Position numbers and translations under genes: made by a program. This document shows, piece by piece, positions 35,902-45,500 of a DNA stretch of 64,000 nucleotides (within the stretch, counting starts at the first letter, position 1; each line of letters begins with the position of its first letter). This stretch comes from a bacterium (GTDB taxonomy: Bacteria > Electryoneota > JAOADG01): assembly GCA_963681965.1 (NCBI GenBank), contig OY820579.1, forward strand, positions 1,408,001-1,472,000, in the 5' to 3' direction. Under the pieces are notes generated by a model. It searched no databases. It saw only the letters and a program-made list of their open reading frames with translations, and had not been told where the DNA came from.

Positions 35902-37005
35902 TTGAGTATTGAAAAAATATCTTGGAGACGAATGATCGCAGGATTGGGACTTCGGCAATTTTTAGGGATCGCGCAGACTTCGCTAGCGCGACCATCCCGC
36001 TATGGTCAATTGCTGTCGCAATTCTGGAAGCGCTCGCACCAGCCTACTACCGACGCTGCCCCTATTCCCAGTTCGGCGATGATCGAACCGATCGCGCGCT
36101 GCAACCTGAAATGTCCCGAGTGTCCAGTCGGACGTGGGGAGTTGGGACGGACTGGCGAGCTGTCTGCGGAAGCATTCGCGGAAATCTGGAAAATGCTCCG
36201 CGGAAAAATTGCCCACGTACTGCTATTCAATCAGGGTGAACCGCTGATGGTGCGGCATTTCGATCAAATCGCGAAAATCTGTGCCAGTACCGATAGCTAT
36301 TCGGTGACCTCGACGAATGCGACGCTGCTCAGTCGCGAAAATTGGTCGGAGCGGCTAGTAGCATCCGGTTTGAGTGAATTGATTCTCTCGATCGACGGGA
36401 TAACGCAGGAGTCTTTTGAACAATACCGGGTGGGGGGGCGACTCGATAAAGTAATTGTGGGAGTCAAAGCGCTACGTGCCGCCCGCGACCGTGCAAAATC
36501 TCATACCCCGATTCTGACGATGCAGATGTTGCTGTCGAAAACGAATGAGGCGGAATGGCGGGATGCACCGGACTTTGCACAGAAAATCGGTTGCGACGGG
36601 ATGGTATTCAAGACGATGCAGATTGATCGGTTGGATAATCCAGCGGTGCAAAAAATCTTCCTACCGACCGATCCGAAATTCTGGCGGTATCGCGAGAGTG
36701 CCGATGGCAAGCTGGTGCTGCGACGCGAGTGGGCAGGATGCCGACGACTTTGGTGGCATCCGGTGATACATGCCGATGGGGCGCTCGTGCCATGCTGCTT
36801 TGATAAATCGTCGGAACATGCTTACGGCAATGTGTTGGAATCCGGGTTCGACGAAGTCTGGAATGGTAGCGCGGCGAAAATGTTCCGAAGGCGATTCATC
36901 GACAGCAAGCAACCACCTTTGCCGATTTGCCACAACTGTACCGAAGGGGTCTGGCGGGTGGAACTGCTCCCCTCCGAAATGAAGAAAATTCATGATCGTA
37001 CTTAG
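35902..37005 (+). CDS. radical SAM protein with SPASM/twitch domain
   Basis: CNLKCPEC, NQGEPL, CRRLW...DGALVPCC...CHNC. Confidence 0.88.
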   Translation: MSIEKISWRRMIAGLGLRQFLGIAQTSLARPSRYGQLLSQFWKRSHQPTTDAAPIPSSAMIEPIARCNLKCPECPVGRGELGRTGELSAEAFAEIWKMLRGKIAHVLLFNQGEPLMVRHFDQIAKICASTDSYSVTSTNATLLSRENWSERLVASGLSELILSIDGITQESFEQYRVGGRLDKVIVGVKALRAARDRAKSHTPILTMQMLLSKTNEAEWRDAPDFAQKIGCDGMVFKTMQIDRLDNPAVQKIFLPTDPKFWRYRESADGKLVLRREWAGCRRLWWHPVIHADGALVPCCFDKSSEHAYGNVLESGFDEVWNGSAAKMFRRRFIDSKQPPLPICHNCTEGVWRVELLPSEMKKIHDRT

Positions 37006-37025
37006 TTCTTGGTGCTTAGTGCTTG

Positions 37026-37274
37026 GTGGCGCAAGCTTTTGAGCCTGCGAGTACATTATTTCAGTAGGTCGGAATTTCTTCCGACTACATTTTGTATCCG
37101 GTAGTAGGGGATGGCTCGCGAGCCATCCCGTTTTTGTTTCTTGTATCCTGTTGTAGGGGGTATCCCTGCATGCCCCTGTTTCTGTATCCTGTATCTTGCC
37201 GTAGGGGCGTATGGCATACGCCCTGTGGGCGCGAATGCGCCCAGATGCGGGAGGGCGTGGGAGCCCGCCCCTAC
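37026..37274. repeat. array of divergent GTAG-headed REP-like palindromes
   Basis: Palindromes at 37026, 37064, 37104, 37153, 37201 and 37253 (inverted), with repeated TGTATCC spacers. Confidence 0.85.
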
Positions 37275-37287
37275 TTCACAATATGAA

Positions 37288-39954
37288 TTACTTCAACAAC
37301 ACCATCTTCTCCGTCTTCGAAAACATTCCCGCCTGCAACCGCACAAAATACGTTCCACTCGCCAACCGCGAACCATCGAGCAGCACGCGATACGATCCGG
37401 CACGCTGCTCACGCTGCACCAGCGTCGAGACTTCGCGACCGGTAAGATCGTAGAGACGAAGATCAACGTGAGAAGTGATTGGGAGAGTGTAAGATAGTGT
37501 GGTGGTGGAGTTGAAGGGGTTGGGATAATTCTGTACTAACGCGAAACCGGATGGTCGTATGAATCGTTCCGGTGTACTGGCTGACGAGTCGGGAACAAGT
37601 GTCAAACGCGCAATGAACCCATCAGTAACCCCGTTGAAACTCGTGTCACCGACCTCCGGTGTCGTTGGAAAGCCTGATCTGCAGAGACCAGTAAAAATAA
37701 TCCCATTAGAGTTGTGCTTTATACATGCATAAGCGACATCATTGCCATTTCCACCAAAATACGTGCTGTAAATTAATCGAGATGTATTGACTTTAAAATG
37801 AGTAACAAAACAGTTTCCTGTTCCGCTAAGGTGTTCTGAGTAAGCACCTAACGTTGTTGGAAAATTATCACTTCTCGTTCCTCCAACTAACGCAATGCTT
37901 GTATCTCTAAAAAATACCATATCCCAACCAGCATCAGAACCTGAGCCCCCGAAAAAAGTACTGTATAATAGATTGGATCCGGTACTATCTAAATAAGTAA
38001 TGAAAGCATCTCCAGATGTGGTTGATCCCCCGTTATAGACTGTATCAAACGCACCGACTGTAATAGGAAAATTGGGACTGGTAGTAGAACCAGTTACAAA
38101 ACAGTTTCCTCTTCCGTCCCCTTTAATCCCAATTGCCCACTCTTGATCGCTTGAACCACCGAGATAAGTACTGTACAGCAACTGCGAGCCGGTCGAATTC
38201 AAGCGTAGCACAAATGCATCCAAATCACCACCATTAAAAGTCGTATCGAACGCATTGGGGGTTGTTGGGAGTCCTGAATGACAATATCCAGTTGAGATAA
38301 TTCCACCCGATCCATCAGGTGTAATCGAATAACTATTTGTCATAGGACTTATAATTGTACTATACAATAAACCAGAGCCCGAGTCGTTGAGATGAATTAA
38401 TACACCACCAATTTCTGCCGAATCGAATACTCCCGGTGTGGTTGGAAAATTCAAACTATTAGTAATGCCTCCAATAAACACACTTCCGCTATCACCAGAC
38501 AGAATGGAATGTCCATCATCATAGCCATTACCACTGATATAGGTACTATAAACTAATCTCGAGCCAGAGCTATTTAATCGAGCTACAAAACAATCCCACT
38601 CTGAGCCATTGAATATTCTGTCAAATGAACCACTAGTGGTCGGAAACAGAGTATCGGCATACCCGGTGATCGTGCAATTACCCAAAGAATCGCAGACAAT
38701 ACTTTCCGCGCGATCGTCACCCGGTCCACCTAGAAAAGTACTGTAGATCAGTTGAGAAAAAGTACTGTCCACTCTTGTAATAAAACAGTCGCCGATACCG
38801 ACCGATGCACCATTGTAGCTAACATCGATAGCTCCAGTAGTGACTGGAAAATCGAAGCTGTTTGTGCAACCACAAACGATGACTCCCCCACTACCGTCAT
38901 CGACGATGCCATCGCCATAATCGTTTCCACCACCTCCCAAATACGTACTATACACCAGCGGATCGATTCGGAGCGTTTGCGATGCATCGTACCCATTTGG
39001 TAAATCGATCGCGAAGAGATTATCTGACACGAGTCTGAATTGTGCAGTGACAGCGTTTCCACGAGTGCCATTCGTGCTGGTTTGGTATGCCTCCGGAATT
39101 TTCATTCGGAGTTCGCCGAGGGAAGTGGGAAGCGAAAGTTCATTCGATAAGTGGAGGTCGGACACTCCTGTCCGACTCCCTTTTGTGACAGAAATATCTG
39201 AGTCGACGGACAAGAGTGTCCGTCCTCCGCCTGCGATTGGCGCTTCTAACCCCTCACACACTATCATGATTTGTTTCGGGTCGGCACCAGGATGAATCAC
39301 GAAATCGAATTCGAGATGTCCCTTGCTCTCATACCACTCAACATCGATACCCTCCCAGACATCATGATACACGATGCAAGTAAAGTTCCGGCAATCCGGT
39401 GCCCACTTCGTTGAATCATTCCCCAAGAAATAATTGTTGTGCCAGGATAGTTCGCCTTGAGCATTGATCCATTTTGCGCAAGTGTATTTTCGTAGGTCGG
39501 AATTTATTCCGACATCCTCTTGTGTCGTGCAATCGGTGATGAACTTGAATTTGAGCGCGTGCGATTTTATTGGGAAATTATCAGACACAAGAGGATCGCA
39601 GGCTCGGAGGCCTGCGCCACCAGACGGATCAAAAGATAGGTTGCCACGTCCACCGCTTTGCGGCGTCCTCGCAATGACAGCGGAAGAATCGATCACGGAG
39701 GTAACAAGGGTGACACCATCGCGCTCGAGGAACCAGGTAAAGCCATCGTGCCGCACTTCGCATTTGTAGAGGACTGCCGAGTCCCATTGTCCCTTATTCT
39801 CGGTGAACTGGAATGGATGCGGAAGGCGCGAGGATTGTACCGACACGGCGTATGTTCGTTGCGGGAGTAATGAAAGCAAAAGCGAGAGGACGAAGACGAG
39901 AGTCGTCACGAATGCGAGCATGTATTGTGGAAATCTGTGATGGCAGAAAGTCAT
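37288..39954 (-). CDS. secreted SBBP beta-propeller repeat protein with T9SS sorting domain
   Basis: FTENKGQW N-terminal domain, repeated YSTYLGG/FPTT motifs, NYPNPFN...KMVLLK; SD GGAGG before ATG 39954. Confidence 0.88.
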   Translation of the reverse strand: MTFCHHRFPQYMLAFVTTLVFVLSLLLSLLPQRTYAVSVQSSRLPHPFQFTENKGQWDSAVLYKCEVRHDGFTWFLERDGVTLVTSVIDSSAVIARTPQSGGRGNLSFDPSGGAGLRACDPLVSDNFPIKSHALKFKFITDCTTQEDVGINSDLRKYTCAKWINAQGELSWHNNYFLGNDSTKWAPDCRNFTCIVYHDVWEGIDVEWYESKGHLEFDFVIHPGADPKQIMIVCEGLEAPIAGGGRTLLSVDSDISVTKGSRTGVSDLHLSNELSLPTSLGELRMKIPEAYQTSTNGTRGNAVTAQFRLVSDNLFAIDLPNGYDASQTLRIDPLVYSTYLGGGGNDYGDGIVDDGSGGVIVCGCTNSFDFPVTTGAIDVSYNGASVGIGDCFITRVDSTFSQLIYSTFLGGPGDDRAESIVCDSLGNCTITGYADTLFPTTSGSFDRIFNGSEWDCFVARLNSSGSRLVYSTYISGNGYDDGHSILSGDSGSVFIGGITNSLNFPTTPGVFDSAEIGGVLIHLNDSGSGLLYSTIISPMTNSYSITPDGSGGIISTGYCHSGLPTTPNAFDTTFNGGDLDAFVLRLNSTGSQLLYSTYLGGSSDQEWAIGIKGDGRGNCFVTGSTTSPNFPITVGAFDTVYNGGSTTSGDAFITYLDSTGSNLLYSTFFGGSGSDAGWDMVFFRDTSIALVGGTRSDNFPTTLGAYSEHLSGTGNCFVTHFKVNTSRLIYSTYFGGNGNDVAYACIKHNSNGIIFTGLCRSGFPTTPEVGDTSFNGVTDGFIARLTLVPDSSASTPERFIRPSGFALVQNYPNPFNSTTTLSYTLPITSHVDLRLYDLTGREVSTLVQREQRAGSYRVLLDGSRLASGTYFVRLQAGMFSKTEKMVLLK

Positions 39955-40095
39955 GGCGCCTCCGTTCAGACAGGTGGTATCAATAGTATAACAAGCATCA
40001 TGTCTGTTTACAAACAAAATGGAGTGTGATGAAAGAATTTATTTGGGTGATGGATTCGGTGATATGTATGTTCTTCAATTCATGACACAGGAGGT

Positions 40096-40118
40096 GGTCA
40101 GAACAAGTTCTGACCTAC
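40096..40118 (-). repeat. GTAG-headed REP-like palindrome
   Basis: Reverse complement GTAGGTCAGAACTTGTTCTGACC. Confidence 0.65.
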
Positions 40119-40153
40119 GGGAACGAAGAATATCGCCAGAAAACAAATCGGAA

Positions 40154-41071
40154 TTATTGCGCCGGTGAGATTTTCGGTCTGCGACCGGGTAGTGGAATCT
40201 GCACAATGAAATTTGCGAGCAGAATCAACGTACCGCCTGCTAATTCAAAGTTCGTGAGATGTTCGCCAAACCACAACCAGGCGAAAAGCGCGGCAAACAC
40301 CGGTTCTCCGGTATAGATCAGCGACGCCGTTACCGCATTTGTGCGTGGTTGAAATTTATTCATCAATCCAAGCGCGAGCACCGAGCCGCCGATCGTTGTA
40401 TAAACGACCGCGACCCACAGCGCATTCGACCACTTGGTTGCAATCATCGCATCCCAATGAAATAGCCCGAGTAGCGGCAGACTCATTAGACCGGTGAATA
40501 GCGACGGGTAGAGAACCATCGCCATGAAATTGGTGTCGCGACCGACCCGACTCGTCCAGACTATCTGAAAGGCAAAAGCGAATGCGCACGCAATCGTAAG
40601 CAGATCGCCGACATTCCACTGCCCGCCGATATCGAGCCGCATCATCAGCGCCGACCCGAGTACCGCAATCGGAATTGAAACATAACTCGTTTTCGGGACA
40701 TGGTCGTGCGCGATCTTCATCGCAAACACCGGCACCCAGATCACATACAACGACGTGAGAAATCCCGATCGTGAGGCACTGGTGTACTGCAATCCGTAGG
40801 TCTGCAGGATAAATCCGAGACCGTACGAAATAATCAAACCCCAGCCGTGCTTGTCGAATTTATATTTGAACGAAAAACCGAATGCGAGCATGATGATAAT
40901 GATGACCGGAACGACGCAGAACATTCGCAACGCGATAAACAGCATTGCCGGTGCATCGTTGAGCGCAGCTTTGATCACCGGGAACGTCATGCCCCATAGT
41001 GCGACTGTGGTCAAGAGCCAAAGATTAGCGCGGCGCGCCTCAGCGTGGAGTTTCGGAGGAGTGGACTTCAA
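40154..41071 (-). CDS. EamA/DMT-family transporter
   Basis: LWGMTF, GLQYTSASRSGFLTSL, EPVFAALFAW; two EamA repeats. Confidence 0.88.
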   Translation of the reverse strand: MKSTPPKLHAEARRANLWLLTTVALWGMTFPVIKAALNDAPAMLFIALRMFCVVPVIIIIMLAFGFSFKYKFDKHGWGLIISYGLGFILQTYGLQYTSASRSGFLTSLYVIWVPVFAMKIAHDHVPKTSYVSIPIAVLGSALMMRLDIGGQWNVGDLLTIACAFAFAFQIVWTSRVGRDTNFMAMVLYPSLFTGLMSLPLLGLFHWDAMIATKWSNALWVAVVYTTIGGSVLALGLMNKFQPRTNAVTASLIYTGEPVFAALFAWLWFGEHLTNFELAGGTLILLANFIVQIPLPGRRPKISPAQ

Positions 41072-41414
41072 GGATTGCGTTCATCGGGTCGACAAAAATG
41101 ATTTTCGCCTCGACCGGTTCGTTGGACCAAGTGAATGCCATGATAATAATTTCTTCACCTGGTCGCATATGATGTGCGGCAGCACCATTCAAACAGATCT
41201 CGCCGCTACCGCGTTTACCAAGAATGACGTACGTTTCCAGTCGGGCACCGCTCGTTACGGAAACCACGAGCACATGTTCGTGATTCCAAAGATCGACGGC
41301 TTCCGCCAGAATCGGATCGAGCGTAATCGATCCGACATAGTCGATATTCGCCTCGGTCAGACGAGCGCGGTGAATTTTCGATTTAAGCTGTTTCCGGAGT
41401 ATTTCGTTGGGCAT
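41040..41414 (-). CDS. panD: aspartate 1-decarboxylase
   Basis: KSKIHRA, YVGSIT self-cleavage site, GARLETY, ICLNGAAA. Confidence 0.95.
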   Translation of the reverse strand: MPNEILRKQLKSKIHRARLTEANIDYVGSITLDPILAEAVDLWNHEHVLVVSVTSGARLETYVILGKRGSGEICLNGAAAHHMRPGEEIIIMAFTWSNEPVEAKIIFVDPMNAILEVHSSETPR

Positions 41415-41421
41415 CGTTATC

Positions 41422-42474
41422 TCAAGTCAATTCATAATAATATACGTCGCGCCAGCCGCCGACTGCACCAAAATTCTCTTTGAACCGAATGAGACCGGGT
41501 CCCGGCACGCCGTTAACCGTTGATATTCCGAAGTCGAGCCAGATTGCTCCTTCCGCTTTCGCCTGTTGAATCGAGTAGTTATTGAGCGGAATCACCGCTT
41601 TCAGGTCTTCCCGATCGCGCAAATGAGTGATGTAAAACGTCAAATGGAGGCGAGCGTTCGCGACAAAGATCAAAGTACCGGCGACGACATTGCCCTCAGC
41701 GTCGTAAGCGAAGTACAACCGCAATCGTTCCGGCATCAATTGGGTCAGTACTGATAAATCTTCACGGCTATGTGCCGGAGTTACTCCATGTTTCTTGCGA
41801 TTTTCGACGAGCATCGGGTGGAATATATCCCAATTTGCATCGCATAATTCCACCGAGCGGACTTCAACACCCAATTTCGCGGCATGTCGCAAGGCACCGC
41901 AGGATTTGTTGTCATAACGTTCGGCAGGATCGCCGAGCCAAAGCGGCACGACTTGTGTATAGTCGCGCTTGCGGTATTTGAAACCGAGCTGCATCATTGC
42001 AAAATGCCAGACATCGGAAGGGATTGCGTGATATGCCAACGGTACCGGCGTAATTTCGATACCATTCAATCCCTGATTTCTGGCGGTATCGAGAAGCATA
42101 GCACCAGCTTCCATCGCTTCGTCGAAATCAAGAATTTTTTTCGAAACGATACCACCGTAGCTGGCACCGGGGTGCGAGATCAACCATTTTTCGGTATGCT
42201 CGCCGTTGGCGCGGTCGCGTATGGCTGCCGGGAAAACCCCGAACAGGTTGCCGCGCTTGGTCAGTGCAAGCGAACCATCGACAAATTTGCCGGCGGGATG
42301 ATAAGCGAGAAAGCGACGCGTCTGAAACATCGTCCCTTCGTTAGCGGCTTCTACCAAACGATCCCACTCATCGTCGGAGAATTGATTGCCGGAAACCCAC
42401 TCGTATGTATTACTCAAAGTTCTGTTCCAAAAATTACTTGCGTTCCGATAATGGACCCTGCGCACGTCGGGCAC
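41422..42474 (-). CDS. GNAT/FemAB-like acyltransferase
   Basis: SHPGASYGG, LDFGIST...GLIRFKENFGA; start uncertain. Confidence 0.75.
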   Translation of the reverse strand: MPDVRRVHYRNASNFWNRTLSNTYEWVSGNQFSDDEWDRLVEAANEGTMFQTRRFLAYHPAGKFVDGSLALTKRGNLFGVFPAAIRDRANGEHTEKWLISHPGASYGGIVSKKILDFDEAMEAGAMLLDTARNQGLNGIEITPVPLAYHAIPSDVWHFAMMQLGFKYRKRDYTQVVPLWLGDPAERYDNKSCGALRHAAKLGVEVRSVELCDANWDIFHPMLVENRKKHGVTPAHSREDLSVLTQLMPERLRLYFAYDAEGNVVAGTLIFVANARLHLTFYITHLRDREDLKAVIPLNNYSIQQAKAEGAIWLDFGISTVNGVPGPGLIRFKENFGAVGGWRDVYYYELT

Positions 42475-43393
42475 GGTACCATTTCACATATTCAGCCACC
42501 CCTTCGTCGAAGCCCATCGTAGGACTCCAGCCCAGCAGTTCGCTGGCACGGCGATTGGCAAGCGAAATGCGCAACACTTCGCCGGGACGGAAAGGGGCGT
42601 AAGCGTAGTTGAATTGACTATCAGTCGCCGCTTTCACGGCGGAAAAGACTTCGTCGTCGGTGACTTCGATGCCGCGACCGATATTGATCCAACGATTGTC
42701 GCCGCGTTCCAGTGCTGCCATTAATGCCCGAACGACATCGCCGACATAAATGTAGTCGCGGGTTTTTTTACCGTCGCCGAAAATCACCGGCTGTTTGGCG
42801 CTTTCCATCTGTTCGGTGAAGATTGCCACGACCCCGGCTTCGCCCCACGGATTCTGTCGCGGTCCGAAGACATTACCCAGTCGGCAGGAAACAAATGAAA
42901 TCGGTTTCGTTGCTGCTGTGGCTGCAAGATAAAGATCGAATGCCATTTTTGCAGCGCCGTACGGTGATTCCGGTATCGGGGGTACAGTTTCGGGTACTGG
43001 CAGATGATCGGGATCGATCGATCCATAGCCCGCGCCGCCACTGGAAGTGAAGATAAACCGTTTCACGTTGTGGCGAGTCGCTGCATTGAGCAGCGTCACA
43101 CCACCGGTCATATTCACCGAAAAGTCGAACATCGGATCGGCGACCGATTTCCGGACATCCATCTGAGCAGCGATGTGGTATACAACATCGGTGGGATGTT
43201 CGGTAAAGAACCGATCCCAATCGATCGTAACGATATCGTCTTCGACTAAGGTGGCTGCAGGATTGAGATTTTCTCGGAAGCCAGTCGAGAAATTATCGAC
43301 GATTACTACTTTGTGACCAGCAAATAGTAAAGCATCCACTAACGTGGAACCGATGAAACCTGCCCCACCAGTTACAAGAATGCGCAAATTCAT
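42434..43393 (-). CDS. NAD-dependent epimerase/dehydratase (UDP-glucose 4-epimerase-like)
   Basis: TGGAGFIGS, YGAAK, RLGNVFGPRQ, TRDYIYVGD. Confidence 0.9.
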   Translation of the reverse strand: MNLRILVTGGAGFIGSTLVDALLFAGHKVVIVDNFSTGFRENLNPAATLVEDDIVTIDWDRFFTEHPTDVVYHIAAQMDVRKSVADPMFDFSVNMTGGVTLLNAATRHNVKRFIFTSSGGAGYGSIDPDHLPVPETVPPIPESPYGAAKMAFDLYLAATAATKPISFVSCRLGNVFGPRQNPWGEAGVVAIFTEQMESAKQPVIFGDGKKTRDYIYVGDVVRALMAALERGDNRWINIGRGIEVTDDEVFSAVKAATDSQFNYAYAPFRPGEVLRISLANRRASELLGWSPTMGFDEGVAEYVKWYRARRAQGPLSERK

Positions 43394-43551
43394 GAATAAT
43401 CCCTGAAGATCTGAAAAAGTAATCAGTGACTGTTTCGAAGTCGATCCAATAACGTGCTGATAAAGATCTTACGCGTGAACAACACAATTGGTTCAATAGA
43501 TTAATCGCGAATACTGGAATGTCGCGTTGGGTAAGATACTAAGTGGTAGGC

Positions 43552-43584
43552 AAAAACGAAAACCGGTTAGCAGAACCGGTTTCG
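43552..43584 (-). terminator. probable terminator of the CDF gene
   Basis: AAACCGGTT-N5-AACCGGTTT preceded by an A-tract. Confidence 0.55.
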
Positions 43585-43627
43585 AGCAGAATAAATGATG
43601 AACTGATGTCTAATAGTCGAAAAGAGA

Positions 43628-44503
43628 TTAAATATTGCTTGCGGAATCATCATACGGATCGAGGTGGACAATCACATTTGCACCGGGAAAGTGTTGCATA
43701 ATTTCGGAGCTGATTTCGTCACCACGGGTATGTGCCACTTCGACGGATAGGAGCGGGTCGACTTCAAGATGGAATTCGATGTACCGGGTAACGCCTACTC
43801 GACGTGTACGTAATCCATGATACCCATTTACCGGATTTGGAAGAGATTTCAGATATTTATCCAACCATTCTTCCTCATCCTCAGGTAAGCTCGTGTCGAG
43901 TAGGGTATCGATTGTCCGTTTCCCGAGCCGATAGCAAACGGAAAGAACAATCACTGCTACAACCAAAGCTGCAACCGAGTCGACCCAATCGATATTGAAT
44001 GCAACGAATATTAAACCGATCAGTACTACGATCGAGCTGGCAACGTCGCTGGAAAAGTGCAATGCGTCAGCTTCGAGCGCTTCGCTATGATGTTTCTTTG
44101 CAGCCCGGGAAAGAGCGATCGATCGGCTAATATCGACGAGGATCGTAAATATGATGACGACAAAACCCCAAATACTGGAATCGACATCGGAAGATTTGTA
44201 GAAAATTCGCTGAATGGCTTCCCAGATAATCCACGCACAAGTGACGACAAGCAACAGGGTTTCGAACAAAGCGGAAACACTTTCGACTTTGCCGTGTCCA
44301 TATGGGTGTTTTTTATCGGCAGGGCGATCACTCACAGTAACTGCGAAATAGGTCATTGCAGCCGCGAGAAAGTCAAGCGCAGAATGAGCCGCCTCGGATA
44401 AAATACCAAGGCTGTTCGTTTGGATACCAACAACTAGTTTTAAACCAGTGATGAATACCGCTGCGACAACTGAGGAAAGTGCTACTTTCCGCTTTTCATT
44501 CAT
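43628..44503 (-). CDS. cation diffusion facilitator (FieF-like)
   Basis: SEAAHSALD, HPYGHGKVES, ADALHFSSD, VIVHLDP. Confidence 0.92.
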   Translation of the reverse strand: MNEKRKVALSSVVAAVFITGLKLVVGIQTNSLGILSEAAHSALDFLAAAMTYFAVTVSDRPADKKHPYGHGKVESVSALFETLLLVVTCAWIIWEAIQRIFYKSSDVDSSIWGFVVIIFTILVDISRSIALSRAAKKHHSEALEADALHFSSDVASSIVVLIGLIFVAFNIDWVDSVAALVVAVIVLSVCYRLGKRTIDTLLDTSLPEDEEEWLDKYLKSLPNPVNGYHGLRTRRVGVTRYIEFHLEVDPLLSVEVAHTRGDEISSEIMQHFPGANVIVHLDPYDDSASNI

Positions 44504-44788
44504 TGCGACCTTAACTGGGAAGAGTGTGATTCAATTGAATTTCTGATCTCACAATTAGCAAAGATACGGAATTAAGTATAAGTCTAGCAAACTCTTGCGA
44601 TTAAGTTTCAGTCCCAGAGTGCACAAAAACAAAGATGTCGGAGCACTTGGAATGATCCAATAGAAAAAATATCTTCTGAAAACAGATCATCAGGATTCTC
44701 TCAGAGTAACAAGATTTGCAGACATCTTTGAAATGATGTATACTTAGCTTTTGCTTTCGAGTAGGTAAAAAGAAAGGCTTAGCTCAAC

Positions 44789-44941
44789 ATGAAGCGCACG
44801 TTTCAACCATCGAATCGTAAACGACGTAACAAACACGGATTCCGTTCCCGAATGGCAACTGCCAATGGGCGTAAAGTACTTGCTGCACGCCGTGCCAAAG
44901 GTCGTAAGCATTTGACTGTCAGCGATACTATTGCAGCATAA
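44789..44941 (+). CDS. rpmH: 50S ribosomal protein L34
   Basis: Manual translation [50 protein letters not shown] (below ORF-track cutoff). Confidence 0.97.
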   Translation: MKRTFQPSNRKRRNKHGFRSRMATANGRKVLAARRAKGRKHLTVSDTIAA

Positions 44942-45018
44942 TCATCTTTGATTCTGTAATGTATCACTTCTCGCAGAGAGCTATTGAGAAAATCTCGATA
45001 GTTTCGATTTTGTTAATT

Positions 45019-45041
45019 CCCCGCGTACAGCGGGGTTTTTT
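45019..45041 (+). terminator. intrinsic terminator/attenuator between rpmH and rnpA
   Basis: CCCCGC-GTACA-GCGGGG followed by T6. Confidence 0.7.
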
Positions 45042-45049
45042 GTTGTTTT

Positions 45050-45421
45050 TTGAAGATGTTATCTGAAAATTCACCATTCAAACCTACCTATCCTTTCCCG
45101 CGCAGTCGTCGGGTACACGGACGCACGATTTTTTTATTACTCCGAAAATCGGGTCGAAAAAAGTATAGTAAGAATTTAGGAATCAATTATTTAAAATCGA
45201 CAGAAGATGTGCAGATCGGATTTGCCATCAGCAAAAAAGTCGGAAATTCGGTAACAAGGAACCGAATTCGCCGAATTATCCGGGAATATCTTCGAACACA
45301 TCCCGAAATTCTACCGAAAACCGGCAAAATCTTACTATCTGCTCATCGTCGATTTAGTGGTTGGTCTCTCGAACTCGAGCAACAACTGAGAGATTTGCTC
45401 ATTTTTACTACAATCGATTGA
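45050..45421 (+). CDS. rnpA: ribonuclease P protein component
   Basis: IGFAISKKVGNSVTRNRIRRIIRE RNR motif; follows rpmH. Confidence 0.9.
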   Translation: MKMLSENSPFKPTYPFPRSRRVHGRTIFLLLRKSGRKKYSKNLGINYLKSTEDVQIGFAISKKVGNSVTRNRIRRIIREYLRTHPEILPKTGKILLSAHRRFSGWSLELEQQLRDLLIFTTID

Positions 45422-45500
45422 CTCACCTTGAATCCGGAAATATATTCCTAATACTCACTTGATAATCCCGCAATTGGTTGTAATTTTCCTGGTTAAATAG

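Noticed and set aside
35902-37005. Second radical SAM protein as part of a RiPP cluster
   Set aside because: No precursor-like ORF, transporter or protease nearby; appears to be a stand-alone twitch/SPASM protein.
37092-37497. Small plus-strand ORFs over the REP array
   Set aside because: They are translations of palindromic repeats and of the antisense CTD.
44504-44788. Replication origin upstream of rpmH
   Set aside because: No dnaA gene, and I found no TTATCCACA-type boxes.
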